Source: the human T2T-CHM13v2.0 reference genome, Homo sapiens. Taken from it: a stretch of DNA of 64,000 nucleotides. This document shows positions 37,754 to 56,115 of this stretch, piece after piece. Both the position numbers and the translations under genes were made by a program. Positions within the stretch are counted from its first letter, which is position 1. Each line of letters opens with the position of its first letter. A model generated the notes under the pieces. It did no database searches. It was not told the DNA's origin and saw only the letters and a list, made by a program, of their open reading frames with translations. The stretch lies in NCBI RefSeq assembly GCF_009914755.1, contig NC_060936.1; one strand, written 5' to 3'.

Positions 37754-37937
37754 TCCAACAAAAGGGATAGATGGAATTTCAAAAAAAGGTAGAAATGAGA
37801 ATAAAGATTTTAAAAATAGAATATATAAAAAGTAAATCACAGAATGACAGACTTCTCTATCAACAATCATAATCCATGTATAATGTTCATAGCTGCATCA
37901 TAGAAGTAGGCTGCTATAACAGCTGCCCCAGATCCAC

Positions 37938-37956
37938 ACCACCACCACCACCACCA
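37938..37956. repeat. (ACC)n trinucleotide repeat
   Basis: accaccaccaccaccacca. Confidence 0.85.
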
Positions 37957-38691
37957 TTGCCAGTATTAGGCAACCACAAACATCTGAAAGCCACCATGAT
38001 CAATAAGCTACTTATACTGCTGCTTAATTCTGTGTCATGTGTGTGTTGTTGTGATCTTCATGGGAAACATACATACCCTGAGCCCTGTTTCTCAGCAACC
38101 GCTGATGAACTATCCTCTGTGCTCATGGTGTCTCAGAGGAAAAATAAAAATTTAAATTCCTTATTTAAGGAGGAATTGCAAAAGCAACATAGAAAGTACA
38201 GTTTCTATCTACCCTCTGCCCTTAAATCTGCATAATCTATAATATCTCAGCTGTAATGTTGTCTAGGAAATGAAACATTTAAATTGCTATTATTCATAGC
38301 ATAGAAACACAAAATATACTAAGGATGAAAAGGATTATTCCAGTCAATCTATCACAAAAATCACTAGCTAGTACTGGTCTACTTGTAATCTATTCTTTTG
38401 ATTTTAAAACTTCAAACCAATTAAAATAGTAATAAAAATTTCCTCCTATCTGCTGTAAAGAAATGTATAAATGTCACAATATTATTTTATAAGCCTAGAA
38501 GATTCAGGATTGTGGAATACAGAGTAAGAGAACAGTGAATCTCATAAGAAATAGTCAATTGCCTTACATCATTTTCTTTAAAATTTATTTATAGTTCATC
38601 ATTATTGTGTAGAATACTATGATAAGAATAAGGCATGTGGTATGGCAAGTAAGGAAGAAATATTATTTCCTAGCATAAATATATATTCTGG

Positions 38692-39182
38692 TGTATGAGT
38701 TCTGTATAGATGCTGTAACAAATGGTTGCAAACTTAAAACAACAGAAATGTATTCTCATACAGTCTGGAGGTCAGAAGTCCTAAATCAGTATTATTGGCC
38801 AAAAGTCAACGTGTCAGCAAGGCAGTACTTCCTGTTGAGTTCCTAGTGAACAGTCCCTTTCATGCCTCTTTCACCTCTGATGGCTGCTAAGATTCCTTGG
38901 CTTGTGGCCACATCACTCCAATTTTCAAGGCCAGAATATTTAAATATATCTCTTAACATTGCCTTTCCTGTGTATATGAAATCTCCCTTTGTCTCTCTCT
39001 TACAAGGATACATGTTATTGAATTGAAGACCCACTTGGATAATCTATGATAATCTTTTCATTTCAAGATCTTTAATTTAATCACATCCACAAAGTACATT
39101 TTTTGCCACATAAGATAACACTCACAGGTTATGTAGACTATGAGGTGGACATTCTTAAAGAATATATAACCAGCCTATCACA
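38692..39182 (-). mobile_element. MLT1B/C solo LTR
   Basis: Runs from tgtatgagtt...gctgtaacaaat...aaacaacagaaatgtattctcatacagtctggaggtcagaagtc through tcaagatctttaatttaatcacatc to cagcctatcaca. Confidence 0.85.
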
Positions 39183-39189
39183 TCTAATG

Positions 39190-40100
39190 ATTACTTTTTT
39201 TGTCTTCCACAATCAAATTGAAGATAACTTGTTACCAGGTGATTAGTCATCCCACAGCAAGATACTTGTAGTTTAGCATTGGTCTCTACTATCAGAAGAT
39301 GCAGTTACCATCAACCTTTTTTAACAATGTGGAATTTCCATTTCTACCACTATGATTATTTGGTTCTTGAGTCCATTCAGCAAATGCTGAAAAAACTAGG
39401 AAAAGGTTATGGCTGAAATCTATTGACTAGGTCGTCTTTTCCACCAAATTATTAAAAGTTATCATTCCTCTGGATGTCTTTTTGTGAATATCCAGATGAG
39501 TCTCAGATATTTTCACATCATGGAAAATATCCCATCCTGAAGCCCAACCTCCTATATTTTCTCCATTCCCCTAGTCACCATTTCTTATAATCTTTTTCCT
39601 TTCAAATTCCTAACTGGGAAAATGATAGACACTGTTCATAAATCAGCACAGATTCATAACCCTGAACATCTCACCTTTCAAGCAAAGTGGGCATCCATAT
39701 GTAACACCTGAAGTTCTTCCTACTGAAGAGATTTTCTTTTTCCATTATACTTCAGGGCCAGTATTGAGTAGAGCCCTAATGTTAACAGCAGTCCTCTTCT
39801 GACTGGTATTTATTTGTAGAAAAAAAAACTATAAAGGAGGCTGGATTTGTTTATTTACTTAACAATCTTTTCACCAAGAATTCTCCATGAAACCATTGTT
39901 TTGGATTGAAACACTGCTGCTGGCATAGTTTTCCTACAAATGTGAAACTTCTGCTCATAAAATGTATGTAATGCCCTCATCTATTTGATTATGCAGTGCT
40001 ACTGAATAGGCCAACCCTACGGCTTAATAGATGAAATAACACCCAGTGAATGATAGTCAACTCAGGATGCATGTTGGATGTTTATATGATGTGTGATGGT
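39190..40100 (-). mobile_element. ERVL-type internal (pol: RNase H/integrase) remnant
   Basis: gaagttcttcctactgaagagattttc...ttcagggccagtattgagtagagcc...cagcagtcctcttctgactgg resembles the ERVL pol GKSSQWAEL region in antisense. Confidence 0.6.
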
Positions 40101-40118
40101 TAGTAGTTTAATCAATGC

Positions 40119-40496
40119 TGATGTAGTTAGGCTTTGTGTCCCCACCCAAATCTCATCTTGAATTGTAAACCCCATAAACCCCAGGTGTTAAGGGAAATAC
40201 CAGATGGAGGTAAGTGAATCATGGGGGCGGTTTACACCATGCTGTTTTCTTGATGGTGAGGGAGTTCTCACAGGATCTGATGGTTTTATAAGGGGCTCTT
40301 ACCCCTTCACTCAGCACTTCTCCTTTCTGCTGACTTGTGAAGAAGGTGCCTTGCTTCCACTTCATTTTCCACCATGATTGTAAGTTTCCTGAGGACTCCC
40401 CAGCACGCTGAACTGTGAGTCAATTAAACCTCTTTCCTTTATAAATTACCTAGTCTTGGTAAGTTCTTTATAGCAGTATGAAAACAGACTAATAAA
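40119..40496 (+). mobile_element. THE1D solo LTR
   Basis: tgatgtagttaggctttgtgtccccacccaaatctcatcttgaattgtaa...ctgaactgtgagtcaattaaacctctttcctttataaattacc...acagactaata. Confidence 0.9.
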
Positions 40497-40509
40497 AAGG
40501 ACAAAGATG

Positions 40510-40590
40510 ATTAGTAATAATAATTATAGTAATAGCTAACAGTTTTATTATATTTACAGGCATTGCATTAAGCACTTAATATATCTTCAT
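40510..40590 (-). mobile_element. MIR 3' part (continues at 41710-41900)
   Basis: aatagctaacagtttt...caggcattgcattaagcactt. Confidence 0.6.
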
Positions 40591-40599
40591 TGGTTTGAT

Positions 40600-41705
40600 G
40601 ACTTTTTCATTGAATTATCATTTAGAGTGGCTATTTTATATACCAGACACTATTTAGAAACTGGAATTTTATCAATGTAGACAAAATAGCTTTCCATATA
40701 GGGCACACATCCTAGTGGGATTTGAAAAATGCAATAATTTAGTTAGCAAGAATATTATGCATTAGGTTAAAAGGTGTTAAGTGATTGAAAAAAAATGAGC
40801 AGAGAAAAATGTCTAAAGAGTGTCAATTGTAGGGGAAAAGAGCAGCTCCTATTTTAAATATGATGGCTTACGCTATTCTCGCATTGTAAAGATGATAACT
40901 GAGCAAAGAGAATTAAGTTCCAGGAAGTAACACAGGAACAGAATGTGTGGAGCCTTGTAGATACTTGTTATACATTGATTTTAATTGTGCACAGAGTGGG
41001 TACAACCAGATGATTTTAGCAGAGGCTTGACATGATCTAATTTAAATTTTAACAGGATTATTCTGATTATTGTGATCCGAATATGCTGTAGATCATCAAA
41101 GATACAACAGAAACTCCTTCTCAGGAATTATTATTATTATTATTTGACAGAAGGTCTCATTCTGTTCCACAGGCTGGCTGGAGTGCAGTGGTGTGAACAC
41201 GGCTTACTACAGCCTTGACGTCCTGAGCTCAAGCAGTCTTCCCACATTAACCTCCCAAGTGGCTGGGACTATGAACACACCCCCAAACCCAGCTAAAGTT
41301 TTCTTTTTTTTAAAATGTATTTTGTAAACACAGGGTCTTGCCATATTTCCCAGGCTGGTCTCAAACTCCTGATCTCAAATGATCCTCCTGCTTCAGGCTC
41401 CCAAAGTTCTGGAATTACAGATGTGAGCCACCACAACTGGCCCCTTATAGGCTAAAATAGCAATGCAAGCTGGAGATGATAATTGTAGAAATGATATCAA
41501 TAGAAATAGTAAGAAGTTAGTTACAGATATAAAGAGAGATAAAAACATAAATTTTATATGGATTTACCATACAGTAGAAAAGAGAGAGTAACATGAAGAA
41601 CAAACCTAAGGAAAAAAACAAAAAAGAACAAACCTATGCTTTTGCCCCTTATCTGAGATTAGGAAAAGCACAGCAGAAAAGATTGTAGGGAAATCTGAAG
41701 TTTTA
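40600..41705 (-). mobile_element. L2a fragment, interrupted by AluJ
   Basis: ttcattgaattatcatttagagtggctattttatataccagacact...gattttagcagaggcttgacatgatctaatttaaattttaacaggattattctg. Confidence 0.75.
41127..41442 (-). mobile_element. AluJ with (TTA)n tail
   Basis: AluJ-type cagccttgacgtcctgagctcaagcagtcttccc and gggtcttgccatatttcccaggctggtc; CpG-depleted. Confidence 0.88.
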
Positions 41706-41709
41706 TATT

Positions 41710-41900
41710 AATTTATCCAGTCCTCACAAAAACTTTACTGGATAGGTACTATTATTACTCTCAGTTTAGCGATGCTCAGTTGGGGTGCAAAAATGTTAAA
41801 TAACCTGCTTACAGTTATAAACTAATGAGAGAATGAGCCATTTTTTGAAAACAGTAAATTTGGCTTCAGAATCAATGCTTTTAATAACAATGTTTACTGC
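41710..41900 (-). mobile_element. MIR 5' part
   Basis: tcctcacaaaaac...ataggtactattattactctcagtttagcgatg...gttaaataacctgc...ttggcttcagaatcaatgctttt. Confidence 0.7.
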
Positions 41901-41904
41901 TGCT

Positions 41905-43541
<1,637 letters not shown>

Positions 43542-43796
43542 TACACCAGTTATGATTCCATTCTATGTAAGTGTCCATGCCAGCGATTTTAAGATAAAAT
43601 AACTAGTTAGAAAATGTTAAGGTTTTATTGTTATCTAGGAAATGAGGGGAGCAGACGCAGTTGACTCTTAAAAGTGGCTTTCAGAAACGTCTCCCAACGT
43701 TATAAATTACAGAAGCAGTACTCCAAAAAGGTGCTGATTTGTCTAATCCAGAGAATATTGTCATTGCCATAGCTTCAGTCAAAAATCAGGTATCGG

Positions 43797-44480
43797 CTAA
43801 TATCCAGAATCTACAATGAACTCAAACAAATTTACAAGAAAAAAACAAACAACCCCATCAAAAAGTGGGCGAAGGACATGAACAGACACTTCTCAAAAGA
43901 AGACATTTATGCAGCCAAAAAACACATGAAGAAATGCTCATCATCACTGGCCATCAGAGAAATGCAAATCAAAACCACTATGAGATATCATCTCACACCA
44001 TTTAGAATGGCAATCATTAAAAAGTCAGGAAACAACAGGTGCTGGAGAGGATGCGGAGAAATAGGAACACTTTTACACTGTTAGTGGGACTGTAAACTAG
44101 TTCAACCATTGTGGAAGTCAGTGTGGCGATTCCTCAGGGATCTAGAACTAGAAATACCATTTGACCCAGCCATCCCATTACTGGGTATATACCCAAATGA
44201 GTATAAATCATGCTGCTATAAAGACACATGCACACGTATGTTTATTGCGGCACTATTCACAATAGCAAAGACTTGGAACCAACCCAAATGTCCAACAATG
44301 ATAGACTGGATTAAGAAAATGTGGCACATATACACCATGGAATACTATGCAGCCATAAAAAATGATGAGTTCATATCCTTTGTAGGGACATGGATGAAAT
44401 TGGAAACCATCATTCTCAGTAAACTATCGCAAGAACAAAAAACCAAACACCGCATATTCTCACTCATAGGTGGGAATTGA
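43797..44480 (+). pseudogene. C-terminal fragment of L1 ORF2p (cysteine-rich domain) with an in-frame TAG
   Basis: Track ORFs 43878-44084 and 44109-44480 (...[15 protein letters not shown]...HRIFSLIGGN). Confidence 0.9.
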
Positions 44481-44736
44481 ACAATGAGATCACATGGACA
44501 CAGGAAGGGGAATATCACACTCTGGGGACTGTGGTGGGGTCGGGGGAGGGGGGAGGGATAGCATTGGGAGATATACCTAATGCTAGATGACACATTAGTG
44601 GGTGCAGCGCACCAGCATGGCACATGTATACATATGTAACTAACCTGCACAATGTGCACATGTACCCTAAAACTTAGAGTATAATAAAAAAAAAAGAATT
44701 AATATTATTAAAATGACCATAAAAAAAAAAAAAAAA
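43797..44736 (+). mobile_element. L1HS Ta-1, 5'-truncated (about 0.9 kb), with a short apparent 3' transduction
   Basis: Ta diagnostics ACA (44592-44594) and G (44677, acttagagtataa); Ta-1 diagnostics T/G (44198/44201, cccaaatgagtat). Perfect 16-bp TSD aaaaatcaggtatcgg at 43781-43796 and 44737-44752. Tail is A10 + 25 nt + about A16-21. Confidence 0.96.
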
Positions 44737-45329
44737 AAAAATCAGGTATCGGAAACGTATTACATTCAGAAAATTTCAGGCTCCTGAAAGTGGGTGACTT
44801 CAGCAAACAGTTGCCACATTTCTTCCCCCTTGACATCTGTAAGTTAGTGACTGATAATTTCCGGATACTAACACAGAAAAACAAGGACTTCTACAATTGT
44901 GCATGTCAGTAGAAACCACAGAACCAGCAGAAGTTTCAACCCACCCTACTTCCACCTTCACTATCCCACAAAAATACACCTAGTTGGCTAAATCTAAATT
45001 TTATCTACAAGCAAGCTGCAGATAATCTGGAAAATATAAGCGAATGTAATGTAGCTTTTCATCCTCTGCTGTACAAGGAGACACACTAAAAGGAAGATGG
45101 AATGGATGCTGAGGGCCGATCCACCATCTCCATTACAGGGGCTGTTGCAAGGCCCTCAGAGATTCATCTCTTATCATTTTCTACCGCAGTTTGCTTAATG
45201 CGAAATGTGAGCTTTGCCTCATCCTGCCAGTAACTGTTTGTCTTCTTTATTCTCTGACTTCTGCTATGTCTCCTTTTTTGTGGAAGTTATAATGCCTCTT
45301 CTGGGAGTCCTTTTAGACAGTATTTTGTT

Positions 45330-45642
<313 letters not shown>

Positions 45643-46389
45643 TTAAGCTTATTCTCTTTTCTGGCATCATGTATATGCAAAGGAATCTGATAGTGTTCCA
45701 CTTAAGGGAGAGATACAGCCAACTTCCAATGTAGCCTTCAGTCTGGTTGCTCTGCAACCAGGAAGAAATTTCTCTCTCCATATTTTCTCACCTTTAGACT
45801 CCTTAGTTGTGAGTCAACTTCCTGTGGGTCCATATCAGAATCTTTAATGTTTCTCTTGAAATCTCCCTCACTTGGTTTGAGGTGACCCTAGAGTACTGAA
45901 GACTTTCTAACTCCTGGTTTTAAAACACTCCTTTTAAAACTCTCCAAGTAGAGGACCTGAATTTAAAAATATTTTACTGGAATAAAAAACTAGATTAGAA
46001 TATGTTTTGGCTTGCTCTTCAAAAGCTGCTCTGTTGTTAATGTATGTTTCTTAGCGTTGCAGCCTCAGGCAAAACTACAAAAGAGGAGATGTATTTTTAG
46101 ACTGATATATGGAGAGAGAAAAAGGTGTTTATTTTAACATGAATATAAACAAATTTAACTTTGTTTGAAAAAACGATAAGTAGGGTGATTCCTACCTATA
46201 GTTTCTAGTGAGAGGTACTGTTAGTATAAGCATCAAAAATACCTGTTTCCCATTCTTGTTATACTCAATTAAGTTGGAATCTAAGCATTACTGGCAGGTT
46301 TGCCAATACTTTACAGAACTTTCAGTAAAAACAGTTTATTTACTTTTCACTCAAAGCCTTTTTGTCTCAAGAAATTATAGATTGTTTTA

Positions 46390-46454
46390 TTAGGTTAGTG
46401 CAAAAGTAATTGTAGTCTAATGGCAAAAACAGAATTACTTTTGCACCAACCTAA
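46390..46454. mobile_element. MADE1 (Hsmar1-derived mariner MITE), internally deleted
   Basis: TIRs ttaggttagtgcaaaagtaatt ... aattacttttgcaccaacctaa, flanked by TA on both sides. Confidence 0.92.
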
Positions 46455-46461
46455 TATAAAG

Positions 46462-46625
46462 CAGTGGTTCTCAAATTTTAGCTCAAATAGAAACTACATG
46501 GAAAGATTTTAAAAAATAAGATTATGATTCAGAATGTCTTCTTAAGAAGAGGTCCAGGAATACGCACTTTTAATAAGTCTAGGTGACGTTAATGAAGTTG
46601 TCTCATTATCTATAATACAGACCAA
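46462..46625. mobile_element. MER5A-like hAT-Charlie MITE
   Basis: cagtggttctcaaattttagc...tgattcagaatgtc...ccaggaatacgcacttttaataagtctaggtga. Confidence 0.65.
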
Positions 46626-46849
46626 GGCTTGGAGATGTAATTATTTTTAAGTGAGATTCTAAATGAGTGTTCCTTTGTATCACTGACTTAGGCATTATTA
46701 ATAGATCAAACCTACATGCCTTTCTCTACCTACAGGATATGTAGCCTCTGAAGATCCTTGTGCAACTGCCCTTCTGGTGGGCTCTACCTACTGGCCTCAG
46801 ATGAGCATCTTGGTTGTATTCATAAATATAGGTCAAGGTGGGGTTTGCA

Positions 46850-47045
46850 ATATGCATCATCTCATTTAATATTAAAAAATAAAAATTAAATTAAGCAATT
46901 AATCTTAAAATGCTTAGATATAGATATTTTCTTCATTTGCACTAAAATAAAAAGTGAGTGATCAAGAGAATAAGCCATTCAACATAAGTCATAGAGCTGC
47001 CCAAGCATAGGTTCTGAATCTTTTTGTTATACTCCACTCTGCAGA
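46850..47045 (-). mobile_element. MIR fragment
   Basis: atgcatcatctcatttaat...ttcatttgcactaaaataaaaagtgagtgatcaagagaataagcc. Confidence 0.5.
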
Positions 47046-49459
47046 GCATCCAGAAATAATTATAAAGTTTCAACAAATGCTCAATCAATTGCCTAATATT
47101 AATGCACAAAATCTTTAATTTGGCATTTTAATTTTCATATTTTCAATTTATTTTTTATTTTTTCTATGATTCAAAACCGTAAGTAAACACTAGCATAATT
47201 TGTTCGGGAAATGTGAATTTTCTCAAATGTGGATAACCTAAATATTATTTTGCTAAAAGTATTTAACATATTTTGGCAGCCCGAATGGAGGAAAATACTG
47301 TTGTGAGTGCTTTGAAAAATGAAAATTGTCTACTACCTGTCCTTTATATATTCAAAATAATATCTGTAAATGGAATGCTAGTTTCCTCCAAATTGTTTTG
47401 AAAACTCCAATGTATTTATGTTCTGCAGCTGTTATTATTGTTTTGTTTTCCATTACTAATCTGAAGACAATCCTTAGATTATTTTGCATTTAAATTTAAG
47501 GCATTTCTTTTCACAGGCCAACTCTCTGGGCTAAGTATCCAAATTCCTGCACCACGTTTATAATACAAAGGGTCATATAAACCCTGGCAGGATTGGTAGT
47601 TTCTCACAAACCAAAGAAAGATGTTATTAACATTCAGATATTTCTTCTTCAGCCTTTGCCTTTTCTTTACCTGCCCAACCATGTGTACCAAAAGCTTTCA
47701 TAATTTGCTTCAGTTCACATTACCTCTGTCAGAGACACAGAGCTCTGCTTACATTAGAGATTACTTTCACACTCATGTAAAATAGAATTTGGAGCTAGTC
47801 TTCACATTCCACTCCCAGGTATCTGGTGGCATTCAATAGTAAATGTGTTAAATTTACTTTCCCCAGCTCCACAGGGACACTGGATTGCAGCTTCCCTACC
47901 TGTCTCATAGATGCACCCAATTTGTTGAATAAATTACTGGCATATAATCCCTTTCCAGGTCCCTACTAGAAAGTCATTCTGCTCTGTGTGCTGGCATGGT
48001 TAGCTGAGGGTTCTGAAATCCTCACATAGTCCCTGCTAATCTTCTCCAGTGTCAAATTGGGATTCTAATATTCTCTGTATAAAACATAATTTGTCCCATG
48101 TAATATCTCATGAACAATATAGGCCTTCCACTACATTTTGTATATAATTTGATTATTTATTTTAGATTTCAAGTTCAAAATTGTCTCAGTCCATATCAAC
48201 TTATTTACTTTTCCTTCTACTGACTATTTTCCTTTGGGTTCCCTGCTAAAGAGTATAGCGGGTAGGCAAGATGGCCAAGTATGGGAGGTGCAGTCAGAGG
48301 CTCCCACCAAGAAGAATGAAAATGGTGAGTAAATCCTGTATTGGCAACGGAGGTATCTGACAGAGCAGGATCACCGTCATCTGGGACAAACACCAACACT
48401 TTACCCAGGGGAGGCATGTCCACCATCATTGTGGCTGCCTTCTGCCTAAGACAACTGAACTCCCAGGGGGAAGAGCAGCAGCCATCACTTCAGCTCCAGT
48501 CTGTTGTTTTCTCCTGCTGGTGCCAGGGAGACTGGGTGGTTTGAACCCAGGAGGAATTTCCCACAGTGCACCACAGCAGCTGTGGCAGATCATGGCCTGA
48601 CTGCCTCTTTAGGCCATATCCAGACCATCCTTCCTCACCAGGTGGGGGCTCCCTGTGGGAATTTCAGCAACTCCAGTAGGGGGTTTATGGACGGAACTCT
48701 GATTTCCCTGGGATGGTGCCCCTGTGGGGAGGGGGTGGCTGTGGTTTCTGCACATCAGCATAAATAAAACAGGCAGACAAGATTAGAGAAATAAGAATAA
48801 AAAGGATTGAACAAAACCTCCAAGAACTACGGGATTATGTAAAAAGACTGAACCTACAATTGATTGGGGTACCTAAAAGAGACAGGGATAATGGAACCAA
48901 GTTGGAAAACATGCTTTAGGATATCATCCAGGAGAACTTCCTCAACACAGCAAGACAGGCCAACATTCACATTCAGAAAATCCAGAGAACCACAGGAAGA
49001 TACTCCATGAGAAGATCATCCCCAAGACACATAATCATCAGATTCTCCAAAGTCAACATGAAGGAAAAAATGTTAAGGGCAGCCAGAGAGAAAGGCCAGG
49101 TCACCTACAAAGGGAAGCCCATCAGACTAACAGCAGATCTCTCAGCCTAAACTCTACAAGCCAGAAGAGATTGGGGCCAATATTCAACATTCCTAAAGAG
49201 CAGAGTTTCCAACCGGAATTCCATATCCGGCCACACTAAACTTCCTAAGCAAAGAAGAAATAAAATTCTTTGCAGGCAAGCAAATGCTGAGGGAATTTGT
49301 CACCGCCTGGCCTGCCTTGCAAGTGCTCCTAAAGGAAGCACTAAATGTGGAAAAGAAAAGCCATTATGAGCCACTATAAAAATACGCTGAAGTACAAAGA
49401 CCAATGACATATGAAGCAACTACATCAACAGGTCTGCAAAATAACCAGCTAGCATCATG

Positions 49460-53495
<4,036 letters not shown>

Positions 53496-53508
53496 GGCCG
53501 GGCGTGGT
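53496..53508 (+). mobile_element. 13-nt Alu 5' stub
   Basis: ggccgggcgtggt immediately after the L1PA breakpoint. Confidence 0.7.
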
Positions 53509-53649
53509 CCAGCAGAAACCAAGTCTCAAAGATTTCTTAAGAACTTTGCAAACAAAATAATCAATAACATGCTTACTGACATGCAATGGAATCTAGCGAG
53601 TCAGTCATCCTTAGTTTTCTCATTTTTCCATATTACAAAAAAACTTTAA

Positions 53650-56015
53650 ACTCAGAATGAGATAAAACACTTGGAAAACAAATATCTGAAAGAAAAAACT
53701 TGTATTCAAATATATAAAGAGCTCTTAACATTTAAGAATAAATACACAAACAAGCTTTTTTTTTATATGGGCAAATAATCTGGGCAGTCTTTTCACCAAA
53801 AAATATAAGCATAAAAAATAAAACTACAAAACATGCTCAATACCATTTGTCACTAGGAAATTACAAATAAATATTACTTTGATTTCATATACCTATTAGA
53901 ACAGCTGAAATGAGAAAAAAATCTGAAAATATCAATTGTTATCTAGGATGCAGAGCAACATGAACACTTATTAATTACTTTTGGAAATGCAAAATAATAC
54001 AAGCACTTTGGAACACAGTTCAGCATTTTTTCAAAGCTAAACATCGTCTTACCATATGATATGGCAGTCATGTTCCTATTTGTCTCCCAATTAATTTGAA
54101 AATGTATGTTCACACAAAAAAAATGCTCACATATGTTTATATAAATTTTATTATAATTTCCCAAAACTGGAACTAACCAAAATATCTTTCAATAGGCAAA
54201 TTATAAACAAACCTGGTATATCCATCAATACAATATAATAATTTTATTATGAAAAATAAGCTATCAAGCCATTAAAATAAAAATGAATCAAACTTAAATA
54301 CATTCATTTAAAGAACCCAGTCTGAAAAGACTACATACTGTTTGAGGGTTTAGAGAAGGCAAGAGGGTTAAATGGAGGGAAATATTTTAGAGTAGTGAAC
54401 CTGTTCTATATGATACTATAATGGTGCATACTTGACGCTACACATTTGTCAATACTTGCATTACTTTAAATTGCAAAGAGTGAACCTTAATATTTAGGAG
54501 GTCAGAGGATATCAATATGCATGCAGAAGATGAGAAAACCATCAACTGTATCAAGAATGCCTAAAACAATGACACTGAATGGTGGAGGAGGAATAAGCAC
54601 TTACGTAAGTAATTTGGAAAAAGGGTCAAGTCAATAAGACTAAAGGCAAAAGAAACTATGCATTAGTACCACATTCTAGTTTATACAATTTGTTTCTAAA
54701 AGGCACAGGTTAACAATTCTGACATCACTCTATGTGCATACTGAAATTGAAAAATTGTTTAAATGGATGGCAGTTGCTGGTACTCTAGTTTCTCATGGTT
54801 GAAGTGGGGATTTATAGATAAATAGGCTAGAGTAATTCATTTGGTAATGGATTGCGGTCAGAGACATCAGAATGAAATCATATTTGCTTTAACATAGATA
54901 CAGATGGTTAAACATAGACATATTCATATGTCTTTGTATATGCACAGATTAGCATACACATATATATTTTCATGTTGTGCCAACAGAGAGGACCTAGAAG
55001 CAATGACACCTCAGTAGCAAGCAGTACACCTATCCACCTATATCCTAAATCTAATAAGAGGGATCATAGCTATTTGGAGCTCAATAACTGATGAATGAAG
55101 TATACAAGATGAGCTTAGAGAATCTTGTAGTGCGAGAAAGTAAGGAAATGCTCAAATTAAAAAATCTCACTATGATGGGGATGTCAACACAATATTGAGC
55201 CAACTGAGAGAGCTCTCAATGGCCAAAACTAACACAATTTGAGCAACAAAATAAAGTAATATTGAATTATAACCCGAAGTATAAAATAAATGTTAATTAC
55301 TCAATGATGACATAAATAAATGAATGAATAAATAAACGGGAGAGAAGAGATAAATCTCCTCTGCAAAATAATTCCAAATAATTTATGTAGGTATTCCACT
55401 CTCAAGTAAGTTTTGCATAACTCTCCACTTAAGTGTGAGTTGCACACTGACGTCCTTCTAATGTGCACAATATCAAGCTATAACATGAAGTATTACTGTT
55501 GATGTTGAAGTCATCAACAATAGTAAGTCATGTTAATTGTACATACCCTTGATATGATGTGATAGAAATGTCACCTTATTTCTGTGGTCTTTTTCCCCAA
55601 ATCCCATAACCACAGTATAATCGTTAAAAAAATCAGACATATACCAGTTGAGGGAAATTAAGCAAAATACCTGACCATTCCTTCTTAAAAATATCAAGAG
55701 AGTTCTTCAAAAACAAAGAAAGTTTGAGAAACTGTCATAGTCAAAAGGACTCTAAGGAAACATAATGAGTACATGTAATGTGATAATCTGGATAGGATTC
55801 TCAAACAGAGAGAGAATATTAGTTCAATACCAAGGACATCTGAATAAAGTAAGGATTTTAGTTAATAATAATCTATTAATATAAGTTCATTAATTATATC
55901 AAATATGTCATATTAATGTTAGACATTAACAACAGGGAAAACTGGGTACTCTGTGCCATCTTCATAATTTTTCTCTAAATCTAAAACTACTCTTAAAATA
56001 AAAATAATAGTTTAA
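53650..56015 (+). mobile_element. L1MC/L1MD-type 3' region (end of ORF2 and long 3' UTR), apparently inserted in a MIR
   Basis: aaacttgtattcaaatatataaagagctc...gacctagaagcaatgacacctcagtagcaa...tttctctaaatctaaaactactcttaaaataaaa. Confidence 0.8.
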
Positions 56016-56017
56016 AA

Positions 56018-56115
56018 CAATGTTATATAACTTGTCATAGATAGAGCATTTAGCATGTAGCAGAGCCAGGATTTGAACCTAAGCATTCTGACCGTAAGTG
56101 CCTTTTTACTGTCAA
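56018..56115 (-). mobile_element. MIR fragment
   Basis: gtagcagagccaggatttgaacctaagcattctgac. Confidence 0.7.

Larger units (their letters stand above)
43542..45138 (-). mobile_element. LTR41-like ERVL LTR (probable 5' LTR of the fossil provirus), interrupted by L1HS
   Basis: ttggctaaatctaaat...agctgcagataatctggaaaat...tagcttttcatcctctgctgtacaaggagacacactaaaaggaagatggaatggatgctgag...atccac. Confidence 0.55.

Noticed and set aside
37529-38235. ORFs with YLSI and poly-Pro repeats
   Set aside because: They are translation artefacts of the (AGAT)n and (ACC)n microsatellites.
44524-44559. G-quadruplex-forming G tract
   Set aside because: It is the standard L1HS 3' UTR G-rich tract and not specific to this locus.
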